Translations under genes and position numbers: made by a program
Origin: the human T2T-CHM13v2.0 reference genome, Homo sapiens
Direction: 5' to 3' (one strand)
Assembly: GCF_009914755.1 (NCBI RefSeq)
Contig: NC_060929.1
DNA length: 64,000 nucleotides
Part shown: piece by piece, positions 1 to 13,379 of the stretch
Numbering within the stretch: position 1 is the stretch's first letter
Layout: every line of letters begins with the position of its first letter
Notes under the pieces: model-generated
Database searches by the model: none
What the model saw: the letters and a program-made list of their open reading frames with translations, nothing else
What the model was told of the DNA's origin: nothing

Positions 1-625
1 ATGGATCCATGGATATTTATTTTATACATTGGGTTATAATGCAATACTACTTTATTTTGTTGTTCAAATTGTTTCAGCTTTGGTTATTGGGAAATAGTAC
101 AATCAGTGTCAGTGTCCTTTTGACATAATCCCTATCATGGTTTTTCAATGTATTTGTTTGTTTAGAGTATACAAGGTGTATGTTTTTTGGTAATACAAGG
201 TGCCCCAGGCTCATCTTGTATAGTTTCTTTCTTAGTCATAGAATCAGTCATGTCTCCAAGGAGACCTGGTCTCTTTTATTGGAAGGTGGTATTAGGAACA
301 ATGATCTGAGCAGCAGGGGTGCTCACTGGGAATATCATTATTGATAAGAGTCAGCTGACAGAGCAAGGCAATATATGTGTGTATACTAACCAGTGTGTAT
401 ACATGTCTCCATAAATACTTCTATATGTAACTATCTGTATTTATATGAACATGAGTTCATACTGATGTACCCAACTTAAATCTGTCATTCTAGTATTCTC
501 CCTTGTTTATCTGTAACCTCCAACTCCAACAGTGAGAAATCTGTTTCCCACTCTCTGCCATTTTTTAACTTAATTGTTCAATTCTGGTATACATATATAG
601 TGGCTTTAGAATTTTTAGCCCATAC
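1..625 (-). mobile_element. Old L1 3' UTR fragment (L1MC/L1MD-like), continues beyond window start
   Basis: Reverse complement of 1-90 (accaaagctgaaacaatttgaacaacaaaataaagtagtattg) resembles the L1M 3' UTR seen on + at ~60280-60360. Confidence 0.6.
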
Positions 626-2774
626 TCTTAGCTTTTTTAAAAAATTAATTGGCCGATTATCAAGGGACATATCTGAGAAAAATCTGCAGATTTTCAATCC
701 ACACATCACTGAATTGAAAGTTTTTTATGTAGACCTTAAATGTTGGAGTTATTTATATGCATTGGTGCATCAATAAATTTTTGTTTCTTTAAATAAAAAT
801 AAGGGTAAAAAAATCCTAGGTGGATCCTTCTAAAAATAAGAAAATCTGAAACATCTAATATCCTTGGTTCAATAAAGTATAGTTTTTAAAACTATATTCT
901 ACAGAATTCTTTTGTTAAAAGGAACAATGGTCACTTCAAATTTGCTTGGTTATAAAATAAATATTCTTGTCTTAAGCAACTGCAGGGAAGAAAGATGTCA
1001 AATCTATTTTCATAACAGAAGTTACAGCTACTTGTAAGCTGAGGTTCACATGCTTGGAAATTTTCACCAGAAAAGAGAAAAAAGTAACACTTATTATAAT
1101 CCAGATTGAAATATTGTTGGGAAGGTCTTTGATGTTTCTGATTTAGAGTTTGTGTCAACCCTTTGGATCTAACATTGTAGCCATGACTGAAAAGTATTAT
1201 TACTTGAGCAAACAAGAGTAGAAAAGCATCGCACTACATTAATTCCAATACAGAAGAGCAAAATTTTGTATAACTTCAATAGGGAAAAACTAATTATTAT
1301 TTTCTTTGCAAAATGTGTAACTCAGCAATTTTTTGTTAAAATAGCATTAATCAAGAGCTAATATACCTAAAATATTGAACTGAATGTATTCTTTAATATG
1401 CAAATAGTGATTAGAAAGTTTAAAGACTAAAAATTAGGGAAATTTATAAATGTGAAAACGAATAGATTTGTCAGAAGGAACATGAATATTATAAAAGGAA
1501 GATAAAATAGAGTGAACTTGAAAATGATCTCTTTAATCCATACCTTGAGTATGTTGATGATGCTCTTGCTCAGCTTGAAAATAATTTAGGACCTAGAAAA
1601 TAGAGTTGAAAAGTACAAAACATTATGTGAAAATAATTAGATCTGTTAGAATCTTTAAAGATCATGCCCATGTGCTTTAAGGTTTCAATAAGAAGTGATT
1701 CTCATGGCTGTCGTAGACTTTAGAGATGCTTCTCATAATCATATAAGTAACTGAATACATCGAGCAAAAGAAAAACCCCCAAAACAAACCTGATACACAC
1801 AGTATATATACACACACAGCCCTTCTGTTATGATTATTGCTATGTGGTAATACTTAATCCTTATTCTCAACATCCCATGAAATAACCATAAAATACAAAC
1901 CAGGGGCAAAGGGTCATCAGTGAAAAACAGCAAGAAAAGGAAAGGGACAGGCAGTAAGAGGTTGCCTCATTGATAATTATAAGACTAGGAAGGAATGAAA
2001 AGCAAGAAGCAATAAACAGGGTGGTTTATAGTATTTTATGATATTCACTGGAGACTTCTGGCAAGGGATGGAGTAACTGGCTTCAGCTTACTATGCAAAA
2101 AGTACTATGACCACCAGGCAGCAAGTAAGAACATAGGAAAATCTTTCCTCTGTCCAAGAGAGGCATATAAAGGAGACAGGAGCTTGAAATTGAGCTTGAG
2201 GTTGTTCATAGGAGTGCGTTCCTATTTATTACCTGAGAAGAGGTTTCTTATAGCACACTTATGGACAGTAAAAGGAAAAGCAAAGCAAACTTACTCACTG
2301 TTTGCTGGCAAAAACTATACTTGATTATATTTCCACATTCAAAAATAAATAGGATTAGAAAGGTTCTAGATTATACTGTCATATAAAAGAAAATGAATAT
2401 TGCATTCAACATGCCAAGATAAAGAATGCACTCAAATTGCAAAGATGAAGAATCAATTTCAGGGGGAAAAGGATTACCAAAATCAGAGGAAAATTTTGGA
2501 AAGCACCTCATTCAATTTTCAATTAAATGCAAGAAAGAGTGTGTGATAAAGCAGGTATAAGATACAACAATTAGATAACAGATTTTATATAAAGAAATTA
2601 GTAGAAATTTAAACATATAAGAAAATAAGACAAACATGGAAATATTTTAAGGAGAATAAATTTCAATGACTAAACTAAATAATATTCATACACAGGGAGT
2701 TTAGAATTTATTCCATAGACAGCAAAATCAGTGACATGGTAAACAAATTAGGAAACCAAGTTGTTTAAAAGGAG

Positions 2775-2890
2775 AAGAAATGATTAGAAGAAAATGAAAG
2801 AAAGAAAAGAGGAAGCAAAGAGGGGAGGAAAGAAGGAAGGAGAGAATTCTGGAAAGAAGAAGGAATAAAGGAAGGGAGAGAGGGGATGGT
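2775..2890. repeat. GA-rich low-complexity tract
   Basis: Runs of gaaa/ggaa/gagg. Confidence 0.75.
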
Positions 2891-3081
2891 TATAAACAGC
2901 TGTGTTCTCACCTATGCATAATTGAGATTTTGAAGATAATGTCAGAAGAAATATAGTGGACATCTTATGCCCTCTTCTTTCTTGGCTGTAGAATCATCAG
3001 GGTCATTATCATAGTTGATATTTACTGACCATTCTTCACATGCCAAGAACAATACTAAGCACTTTAAAGATCTGAACTTTC

Positions 3082-3745
3082 TTTTGAGAAGTGTCTGTTC
3101 ATATCCTTCACCCACTTTTTGATGGGGTTGTTTGTTTTTTTCTTGTAAATTTGTTTGAGTTCATTGTAGATTCTGGATATTAGCCCTTTGTCAGATGAGT
3201 AGGTTGTGATAATTTTCTCCCATTCTGTAGGTTACCTGTTCACTCTGATGGTAGTTTCTTTTGCTGTGCAGAAGCTCTTTAGTTTAATTATATCCCATTT
3301 GTCAATTTTGGCTTTTGTTGCCATTGCTTTTGGTGTTTTAGACATGAAGTCCTTGCTCATGCCTATGTCCTGCATGGTATTGCCTAGGTTTTCTTCTAGG
3401 GTTTTTATGAGTTCATGTCCTTTGTAGGGACATGGATGAAACTGGAAACCATCATTCTCAGCAAACTATCGCAAGGACAAAAAACCAAACACCTCATGCT
3501 CTCACTCATAGATGGGAATTGAACAGTGAGAACACATGGACACAGGAAGGGGAACATCACACTCCAGGGACTGTTGTGGGGTGGGGGTAGTGGGGAGGGA
3601 TAGCATTAGGAGATATACGTAATGTTAAATGATGAGTTAATGGGTGCAGCACACCAACATGGCACATGTGTACATATGTAACAAACCTGCACATTGTGCA
3701 CATGTACCCTAAAACTTAAAGTATAATAATAATAAAATTTAAAAA
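3082..3745 (+). mobile_element. 5'-truncated, 5'-inverted L1PA (approx. L1PA3-5) with 16 bp TSD
   Basis: TSD aaagatctgaactttc at 3066-3081 and 3746-3761. 3082-3409 is antisense ORF2; 3407-3745 is the sense ORF2 end, 3' UTR (ggggaggga...cctaaaacttaaagtataat) and an A-rich tail. Confidence 0.95.
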
Positions 3746-5167
3746 AAAGATCTGAACTTTCAGTAGCATTCAACACATATAACTACTCCCCTTCTTCTAA
3801 CACCATATCTCTTTTCCATCTTTTCTGTTGTTTCATGATCTCAAGTGATCTGAAATTTGTATCTCCAACACAGAATGCCAACTGTATTTCCAGAATGATA
3901 TATCTTAATGTCTGTTAGAAATTTCCCTTTGAATATTTCACAGACATGTTAAACATTTTCAAAACTAAACTCATTTTCTCTCCCTAAACATGCTCATCCT
4001 TCACCATTTACTATCCCAGTAACTGGTCACTACAGTGATGTATGTGGGCTACTTATAGAAATAAATGATAAGAAAAAAATAAATAAAACACAAAAAAAGC
4101 CTATGCCACTCAGTATAAGCAGAAATATATTTTATGCCTCACAGGAAATATTATACCAACTTTCTCTTTCCTTTCTTTCTCTTACTTTCAACTGAAAAAA
4201 TTATGCAAAAATATAGCCAGATTGCTTATGGCATTAGTGTGTACTGTACCTAGATAGTCATAAATATGACAACTATGAGATAAGTAAGCTCACAGCCTAG
4301 TATACTGACCAAACCCCAAAAAGGTTTAAACATTAATTCCAATCAAGATCTTCCTATATGATCAGGTTTAGATAATAATTTTAAAGATTTTGGGATTTAA
4401 GTAATTAGAAAAATATCACCTTTTATCATGAAGTAATATTTATTTAAAAGTGCCTTTTAACCAATCACATATAAAATAATATTCCTATGATGTTAGTCTG
4501 TTTTAATTTTGTTATTGATTTTAATACATAACATATTTATAGTGAAATGTTTTTGAAACAAAGTGAGATAATTTAGTTATTTTAAACAGTTCAGCTCTTA
4601 AAAGTATTCATTGAACAGTGATTTTTACTTAAATATTACATCTATGTGAAGCAGCAGAGATAAGAAAAAATAAAGTACTAAATGGTCCTGAGGGGCAGAG
4701 CTATTGAGGATCTCATCCTAAATTAAAGAAACATACTACAACGCTGTGTAGCTCACACAGTTCAGCTCTCTTTTATTTTACATCCTATCCTGGGTATGAT
4801 TCTTATCTCAGCTTTGTAAAAATTAATCATCTTTTTAATTACATCCTACATTTAAAAGTATCTTGATTTTAGGAATCCCACAATTTCCATTTTAACTGAA
4901 TGCTTATAATGCTGCAACATTCTTTGTAATAAAGTAATAAGCTCATAAAAAGAGATATCTATTGGGCACCTACCATGTTCCATACCCCACATTAAGCACA
5001 GCACTAGACAACAAAAAGGTGATCACGTCTCTATTGTTCCAATAGTCTAGAAGAAGATTTAAATATTGCCTGACTTAATGTCATTTAACAGATAATTATT
5101 GAGCATCTACTGTTTGCCAGGAACTGTTCCTGAATCTAGTACTAAAGTAGGCAGACAAAATTCCCAT

Positions 5168-5591
5168 TGTCTTAGTCCATTCTGTGTTGCTATAAAAGAA
5201 TACTTGTGTCTGGATAATTTATATAGAAAAAAGTTTATTGGACTCACAATTCTGATAGGTAGAAAAGTTCAAGATTAGGCATCTGCATTTGGTGAGGGCC
5301 TCAGGCTGCTTCCACTCATGGCAGAAAGTGAAGTGGAGCCTGAGTGTGCAGAGACCACACAGCCAGAGAGGAAGCAAATGAGAGATGGAGGAGATGCCAG
5401 GCTCTCTTTTAAACAACCAACTCTGGAGGCCACTTATAGAGTGCGAATTCACTCACCTTGAGGGAGGGCATTAATCTATTTAGGAGGGACCCACCTCCAT
5501 GACCCAAAAACCTTCCATCAGACCCCACCACCAACACTGGGACCAAATTTCAATATGAGATTTGGAGGAAACAAATATCCAAACCATAGCA
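5168..5591 (-). mobile_element. MaLR solo LTR (MSTC/MSTB-like)
   Basis: Termini tgtcttagtccattctgtgttgctataa...atccaaaccatagca; internal ggtgagggcctcaggctgcttccactcatggcag. Confidence 0.85.
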
Positions 5592-6029
5592 CCTTCATCG
5601 TGGTACTTGCATTCATGAATACATACTCTCAAAAGGTATCTATAATGTGGAAGAGAGGTTCAGAGTACTGTCTGTATCATTGAGTAATAGTTTGGGAAAT
5701 TGGAAAAATTTTCCTTAAAGAAATGAGAGTCTACTTAAAGGATGAGAGCATGAATTGGAAAGAGCAAGAAACATATGATGCCTTATTTCTATTCTAGACC
5801 AGAGGCTGGGATGTGGTAGATCTTCTAACATATGAGATTAATTAGTCGGTTAACTGTTGAAGGGTATGTAATATTAATTCAGTACAGATTGGCTTTTGTT
5901 AACCTAGCTGCTTAATCTTAATACACATTAACAAGTACTTTTTAATATTAGAATACAAAAAAAATCAACTAGTAAGACAGAAACTTGTACTTAAGTATTA
6001 CAAAACTTATCACACCCAACAAAGATTAA

Positions 6030-6308
<279 letters not shown>

Positions 6309-8772
6309 TATTTGTTATTTTAAATTATCTACACTATTCCAAGTGAGATACATGAATAAGTGAGACATGTGAATAAGAGTGACATATTGTAGTATTTGCT
6401 TCTTATCAGTTAATAAATATATAGAATATGGAGGAAGATTCAAATGACTTCTAGACTTCAGGGTAAAATGGTATTATTTAATCTGATCTCACCTTGGGAA
6501 TCCTATTTACTCAGCTTTTGATCTTTTTTTTTTTTTTTTTTTTACCAAAAAGATGTATACAAAATGGTAATAGTGTCTAAATAGGGAACAGATATGTTAT
6601 GTGAAAGTGATGATAAGATAGAAATAAAGAAATATATATTTCAGGATATAAACATGATATGATCAAAGAGATAAAAGCCCTGAATTTTTAAATCACCCAA
6701 ATAAATTGATTTGAGGTATAAATAAAAGCTAAAACCTCATTAACAACATGTATTACTAGGCAATTGCCTATTCATTGCATTGCAAACACCAATATTTTGA
6801 GGAACAACTAAATTTTTGCCCCCAAAATGTTCTCTCTTTTCATGTATGTAGCTTTAGTCAAAAGGAAGATTTGATGAAAGTATGGGTAATTCTAATAAAA
6901 GGGAAAAAAAGATTAGTATTTGAGATGTGAACAAAAACTTAATCTTGCAAGACATCAAAGAGGCTAATAGCTCTGTAAGACTCTCCTACAATTCTCAAAC
7001 TTTAGTCTTCACAGTAATCAGAATAAATAAAAACTGCATTCCTTGCTAAAAAATACATCTTTAAGAACTTGCTCATTGGAAAATGGAAAGAAAATATAGG
7101 AGAGAGAGTGGAAAAATGCCTGGGACTTGAGAACAGAACTCTCTAGCATTTCTTGACCAAAGATGTCATTCTAGGGGACCCTGTCTTTTCCTGAATATGG
7201 AACTCACCAGAGGAGAGCTTCTTCACCTGTATCTCAATTAATTTGCTTGCTCAGTGTGGAAAAATTTCCTCCTCCAAAATTCAAGACATCCTTTTTCTTC
7301 TTATTTATTTAAGCTCTGCCCATCAGATCTATGTTATTTGTTAAAAGCTTCTTGTCCTGTGGTCCTTGCTTATGAACTAAAGTTTGCTACTGTTCACTCC
7401 TCCCCATGGTAATGAGAAAAATATGTTCTGGGGTGCCAACATCTCTTGGTAAAATTAATCTGCAAACAATTGCAACTGAAATGATTTCACTCATAATAGT
7501 TTCCTAACCTGCTCTTTGCCATAACATTTTAACAAGGGTTAATAAAATAATTAACATGTTCAGGCAAATGTTTCCTGTCAGAGTCATCAGAAACTATTTT
7601 GAAAATAAGTTTTAGTTTTTGAACAATGAAAGACAGACATTTAATTCCAGGCTTTAGGAGATATGATTACATTAAGATTTTGATAAAATTTATGCATTGG
7701 GTCCATATTTTCTTCAAAAGAACACCTTTTCAATTTTTGACTTTGAGTATCTCAAATTCTCACAAAATATGTTTATAAACAAAGGTTGATCAGACATAAT
7801 CAGGATTAAGTGAAAAATAAATCCCTGTCCTTAACATTTCATATGACTGATGCGTATATTAAAACACTGTAGGAATTCACAGGAGAGAATAATTCTGACT
7901 AATGTGATATGACCTATAGGAAAATATTAAAGAAGTACATTTTCAACTGTTCCTTAGAGGTGTAATATATATTTCTCTATACCGACACAAAAATTTTCAA
8001 GATTACCAAAACTGCTTTTATAAAATATTCTTCCTTTGACTGTATATCTTAATCAGTCACTCAAGGAAATTCCCAGAATTTCAGCAAGGATTTGCAGATG
8101 TTTATGCAGAACTGGCTGTCCCACTCATGGAGTCATAAAAGCAAGTTATAAAGGAATGGATCATAGATCTAGATAAGAAGTGATGATTATCCAAGCAGTC
8201 CACATTTTATACATGAGAACACTGAAAGTAAATGGCTTTCCAAAATCAGAGTCAGCCTGAGGTTATAAAGCCTCTCTAGGGTGGCCTAATTCTCAGGGTT
8301 CATTTACTGGAGCACAGAGCAATGTAAAGTCAAACATCCTCTACCTATGAGATCATAATTCTTAAATTTCCTTAACCACTATCTGAGTTGCGTTGAAATC
8401 AATCACATGAGTAGAAGTGTGCAGCTGTCCTCAGACAGTTCTCAATCTCTTGAATAAAACAAAAAATATTGGTATTATGATCATTTTCCCATGACAGCAA
8501 ATTTGAAAGAACAACAACAAAATATTACCAGGAACACTGAAAATATCTAATAATGTATCAAGATCAGATATAGCAACCTTTCTTAAATTTTACATTTTGT
8601 AAACCTCCTGTCCTATGTACTTTGTAATAAATGAACATAATCTTTGGCAGAAAATAATTCTATCAAAGAATGTTTGTACTATTGATGCAGACAGTCTGTA
8701 TCCTTCAGTTACTGCAATTGTTAATCATCATAACAATGGTGATTAAAGATCATTATTCAATAGTATTTTAAA

Positions 8773-9548
8773 TGTCAATGAGAAGAGTCAAACTCTATAA
8801 AATACTTGAAGGATGTATTCTGAGCCAAATACGAGTGACCATGGCCCATGACACAGCTCTCAGGAAGTCCTGAGAACATGTGCCCAAGGTGGTTGGGGCG
8901 CAGCTTGGTTTTATACATTTTAGATAGGCATGAGACATCAGTCAAATACATCTAAGAAGTACATTGGCTTGGTTCAGAAAGGTGGGACAACTCAAAGCAG
9001 GGGCTGGGGAGGGGGGAATGCTTCCAGGCTATAGGTAAATTTAAATATTTTCTGGTTGACAGTTGGTTGAGTTGTCTAAAGACCTAGGATGGATAGAAAG
9101 GAAATATTCATGTTAAAATAAAAGATTGTGGACACCAAGGTTCTTTTGAAGTCTTATAGTGGCTGCCCTTAGAGACAGTAGATGACAAATGTTTTGTATT
9201 TGGATCTTTAAGGTGCTAGATTTTTAGTTAATCTCTTTAGGATTGAGAGGGCCCGAAGGAAAAAGATCTAGCTATGTTCATAGAGATTCTTCACAGATGC
9301 AAATTTTCCCCTACAAAGTATAGCTTTGCAGGGCATTTCAAGATATGGCAAAGATACATGTTTTGGGGTAAAATATTTTTATTTTCTTCCTTGTCTCGTA
9401 ATGTTATGTCAGAGTCATGTTGGAAAGTAAGTCACAATATACAGGGTTACATAACCAACCTGATGAGAATTTATGATTTCTAGGACGTGACTCTCCAGAC
9501 CCCTTAGGTAGGAATTTGGGCAAGATAAAAATCAGAGCTTAGTCCTCA
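8773..9548 (-). mobile_element. ERV1 solo LTR, MER4-group (MER4D/E-like)
   Basis: TG...CA termini with 4 bp TSD taaa (8769-8772, 9549-9552); minus strand starts tgaggactaagctctgattttt...cccaaattcctacctaaggggtc. Confidence 0.8.
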
Positions 9549-10059
9549 TAAACTATGCTACCCAAAATATTTTTCAATGTAATTTCCTAATGAAGACCCA
9601 CAGCAATTTAAAACCTTTATTAACCTACAGCAATATAAAAAATAAATATTGAAACCAATGATATGTGCAATCAGAAGACCTAAACAAGATACATTTAGAA
9701 AGAAAGCAGTCCTAAGGAAGCATTAAAATAAATTATTTTCACTAATTCGATTATTCAAAAAGGAAAATCACTGAAATTGTAGAAAAGCAATAAGAAATAA
9801 AAATTTCAATTACATGTTTAGTGATAGCTATGTGCAAAAACTGTGCTAGACAATGAATCATATTTAAACACCTTCAAAATGACCACAGCAAGCAGTTGTT
9901 ATTATCCTGATTTTATGAGTGAGAAAAATTAGGCCCCCAGCTGTTTATTACTCATGTATTCATTTATTCAAAAATAGCTTTTGGATATACGATAATCTCA
10001 CTCCGACTTAAACTCTCTCACTGATTATTTGATAATAACAGGTCAGATATTCTTTAAAA

Positions 10060-10430
10060 AGTATATAGCTATTGAATGTCTGCTCTGCTATGTTTACTAT
10101 TTTGTTTGGTGAACGAAGACATGGATAAGCCCCAAGGTCATGGAGTTTATAATCTACCAGAGGAGATAAGTAGTTAAAATAAATACATTTTCTTGGTTAT
10201 CTAAAATTAACAGGTAAATTTAGATAGAGTAAGGAAATAGAGTAAGGAATGATGAGTAATAATATAAAATTTGGTGTTGCTACTTTAAACATGTGATCAG
10301 GTTGACAGTTATAATATGCTAGTATTTTAGTAGCAAACTACATCAAGTGAGGTAGAGAACCATGGTGATGACTGAGTGAGTGAATTTCAGAAAGAGGAAA
10401 TACTGAGGGCTAAGATCTGATAGGCAGATT
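10060..10430 (-). mobile_element. Degenerate L2 fragment
   Basis: attgaatgtctgctctg...gaacgaagacatgg...ggagtttataatcta resembles the L2 3' end. Confidence 0.45.
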
Positions 10431-10707
10431 ACCCAAAGTGACTCAGCTAGAAAATAGTTTGAATCCTCATCATCATGATTTCAGAGCCTGTCTTCTTACC
10501 CACTGCAGAATGCTAGAACATGTCTGGTTTCCCATGACCTCACCAACATTGTGCTATTTCAGACATTTTCAGTTTTAACAATTAAATAGCAAAAATAATG
10601 GTTTATGTTCTTTTCTATTTGCAACTTATTACTAGAAAAGTTAAACATGTTTTTATGAATATTTCTGTTATTTGTATTTATTTTTCTGTGAATTACCTAT
10701 TCAGAGT

Positions 10708-11079
10708 TGTATTAGTCTGTTTTCATACTGCTGTAAAGAACTGCCGAAGACTGGGTAATCTATAAAGGAAAGAGGTTAAATTGAGTCACAGTTCAGCCTA
10801 GCTGGGGAGGCCTCAGAAAACTTACAATCATGGCAGAAGGGTAAGGGGAAGCAAGGAACCTTCTTCACAAGGTGACAGGAAGGAGAATGAATGCAGGAGG
10901 AACTACCAAACACTTACAAAATCATCAGATCTCGTGAGAACTCACTCACTATCACAAGAACAGCATGGGGGAAACTGCCCCCATGATTCAATTACCACCA
11001 CATGGTTTCTAAATGTGGGGATTTGGGGGATTACAATTTAAGATGAGATTTTATGTGTGGACACAGCCAAACCATATCA
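10708..11079 (-). mobile_element. THE1D-like MaLR solo LTR
   Basis: tgtattagtctgttttcatactgctg...acacagccaaaccatatca; near-TSD agagt/agaat. Confidence 0.9.
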
Positions 11080-11129
11080 AGAATCTTTGTTTATTTTCCT
11101 ATTGGGTTGTTTACTTTAAACTTTCTACA

Positions 11130-11217
11130 TACTAAGTTTGTGTAAAAGTAATAGTGGTTTTTGCTATCACTTCCAAAGGCAAAACCCACAATTTTTATGT
11201 TTTGCGTCAACATAATA
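11130..11217. mobile_element. MADE1-like mariner (Hsmar1-derived) MITE
   Basis: ~85 bp imperfect palindrome ctaagtttgtgtaaaagtaatagtggttttt...ggcaaaacccacaatt...ttttgcgtcaacataa flanked by TA; resembles the recalled MADE1 consensus. Confidence 0.75.
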
Positions 11218-11333
11218 CATGTGCACACATACTTAAATATACACACATGCCTATCTATATAAGATATCAACACTTCAGCTAATTACTTGTATTAAAATAT
11301 TTTATCAAAATTTTATTTATCACTTAGCTTTTT

Positions 11334-11816
11334 AATTGCTATATCATAGTCATAATTATTTTAGGATACATGTGATATTTTGGTACATGTATACAATGTG
11401 TAGTGATCAAATCAGGATAATGGGGACATCCGTAACCCCAAACATTAATTTTATCTTTGTGTTGAGAACATTACCATTCTTCTTGTCTATTTAAAAATAT
11501 ACAATAAATTGTGGTTAACTATACTTTTCCTACTATGTTATCAAATACTAGAACCTATTCCTTTTATCTAGCTGTATTTTTGTACCCATTGAACAAATTT
11601 TCTTCATCTCCCTCCTCCTCTCTTTTATTTCCAGCCTCTGGTAACCACCATTCTGCTCTTTGCCTATTGAAATACACTTTTTAGCTCCCACAAATGAGTG
11701 AGAAGTGCAATATTTATTTTTCTGTGCCTGGCTTATTTCACTTATTATAATGAACTCCAGTTCCATTCATGCTGCCGCAAATGACAGAATTCCATTCTTT
11801 TTTTATGGATGAATAA
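11334..11816 (-). mobile_element. L1MA 3' end, 5'-truncated, with 13 bp TSD
   Basis: ORF track 11548-11766 translates as L1 ORF2 C-terminus-like (MELEFIIISEISQAQKNKY); TSD cacttagcttttt at 11321-11333 and 11817-11829. Confidence 0.9.
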
Positions 11817-13379
11817 CACTTAGCTTTTTTATGGGGTCTTATATAGATGTTCTAAATTTACAAGTGAATACATATTTCAAATTTTTTCAAGGTTTAATTT
11901 GAACAACTAAAAATTCTGACATAAAATATGGATTTCCCCACACCATTTCAAAATGAAATTTTCCCTTGTTGTCTGTTATCTTCTGTTCCTTCCAGCCATG
12001 ATAATGACATTTAAGATCTTCATTCTCAATTGGACTGTTGTGGAAGACCCCAACCATAATTGCAATTTAATCTTTTCTAAACTCATCAGCATAATGATAA
12101 AGGTGCTCTGCATTTGATGTCAAAATACCTCTTCACTGAAACTACCCTCTGTGCTGCCAGTGTATTAATATACTAATCACAAAACACCTGCCATTCACTG
12201 CTTTCCATGCTTATTTATATTGTACTGTTTTACCTCCTACTCCCTGTTTCTTCATTACTCCTTGTTGGATAGACCTGAACTTCATTACAGGTCACACATA
12301 AACAACAATCCCTGCACAAAGATGTTCTGATGCCTTTCTTGAAAGGAATGCCTCAACATGTGTGGCATTTTAGAATACCTGGGCGTTTTATCATACGTTG
12401 TGACTAAGTTGTTGGTAAAAAAAAATTCACCTACTAGCTAATTTTAGGAAGCATCTGCATGATGGTACCTATCCCAGCATGTGGGAGATGCTCAAGTGGA
12501 GTTTTGAACTAACACACTCTGCAGTGTAAGGAAGGTAGATGATCAAACTGACTGGACTTCTTTCTCTGTGTATTAACACTTTCAGTTATTTATTCTTGTT
12601 CTAATTAAATATTCAGATGTGAGGAGTACTTATTAGTCCTGGTTAGTTTATTGAGTGACAGACAGGAGATAGATAAGAATATTTCTGCCCAGAGGAGAAA
12701 GGTAGTCAATAAATTAATCAATTTAAGTCATGATAAAATGGGCCACAAACTATCCATTCATTTATGTGTTCTAAAAATCAATGATTTTAATGGCACCACT
12801 GAAATGAGTCACATGGTCTTTATAAAATAAATTTGTTACTACATTTTGGATACCATCATGGGCTAAACAGACTATCATCAGAGACCTCTTTTAATATATA
12901 ATCATAGATTTAACAATAAATTTCTTAGGTAAAAATGCACTTATTTCTAATGTTAGATCATTCTTACATGCTGTCCCTTCTACTCACTTTCCCTCTCTCT
13001 TTAGCCCATTAATATGTTTTTTTTTTTCCATTCTGGCAGAAAAATCTAAGCACAGGATGACAATAAAATGTTATGAAACCTGTACAATTTCTTAAAAATT
13101 TTATTAAAGAAAATATAAATAGTTAAATAAAAGCCATGTTTACACTGAAATAAAATAAAGGATGGGAAAAGGTAGTATCTAAGTTTTCTACTTATTGGCA
13201 ATCCTATAAGTTATAGTTTTTGAAATATTTAAAAGAAAGCAATAAAATTGGCAGCAATTCATATAAAAATTAAGAACATAGATAATAAAATTAGACATCA
13301 AATTTTATATTACAACTTTACCTCATATGCTGAGTGGTAATGAATATGTGCATTTTTTATTGTCATAAAGTTGCTCATC

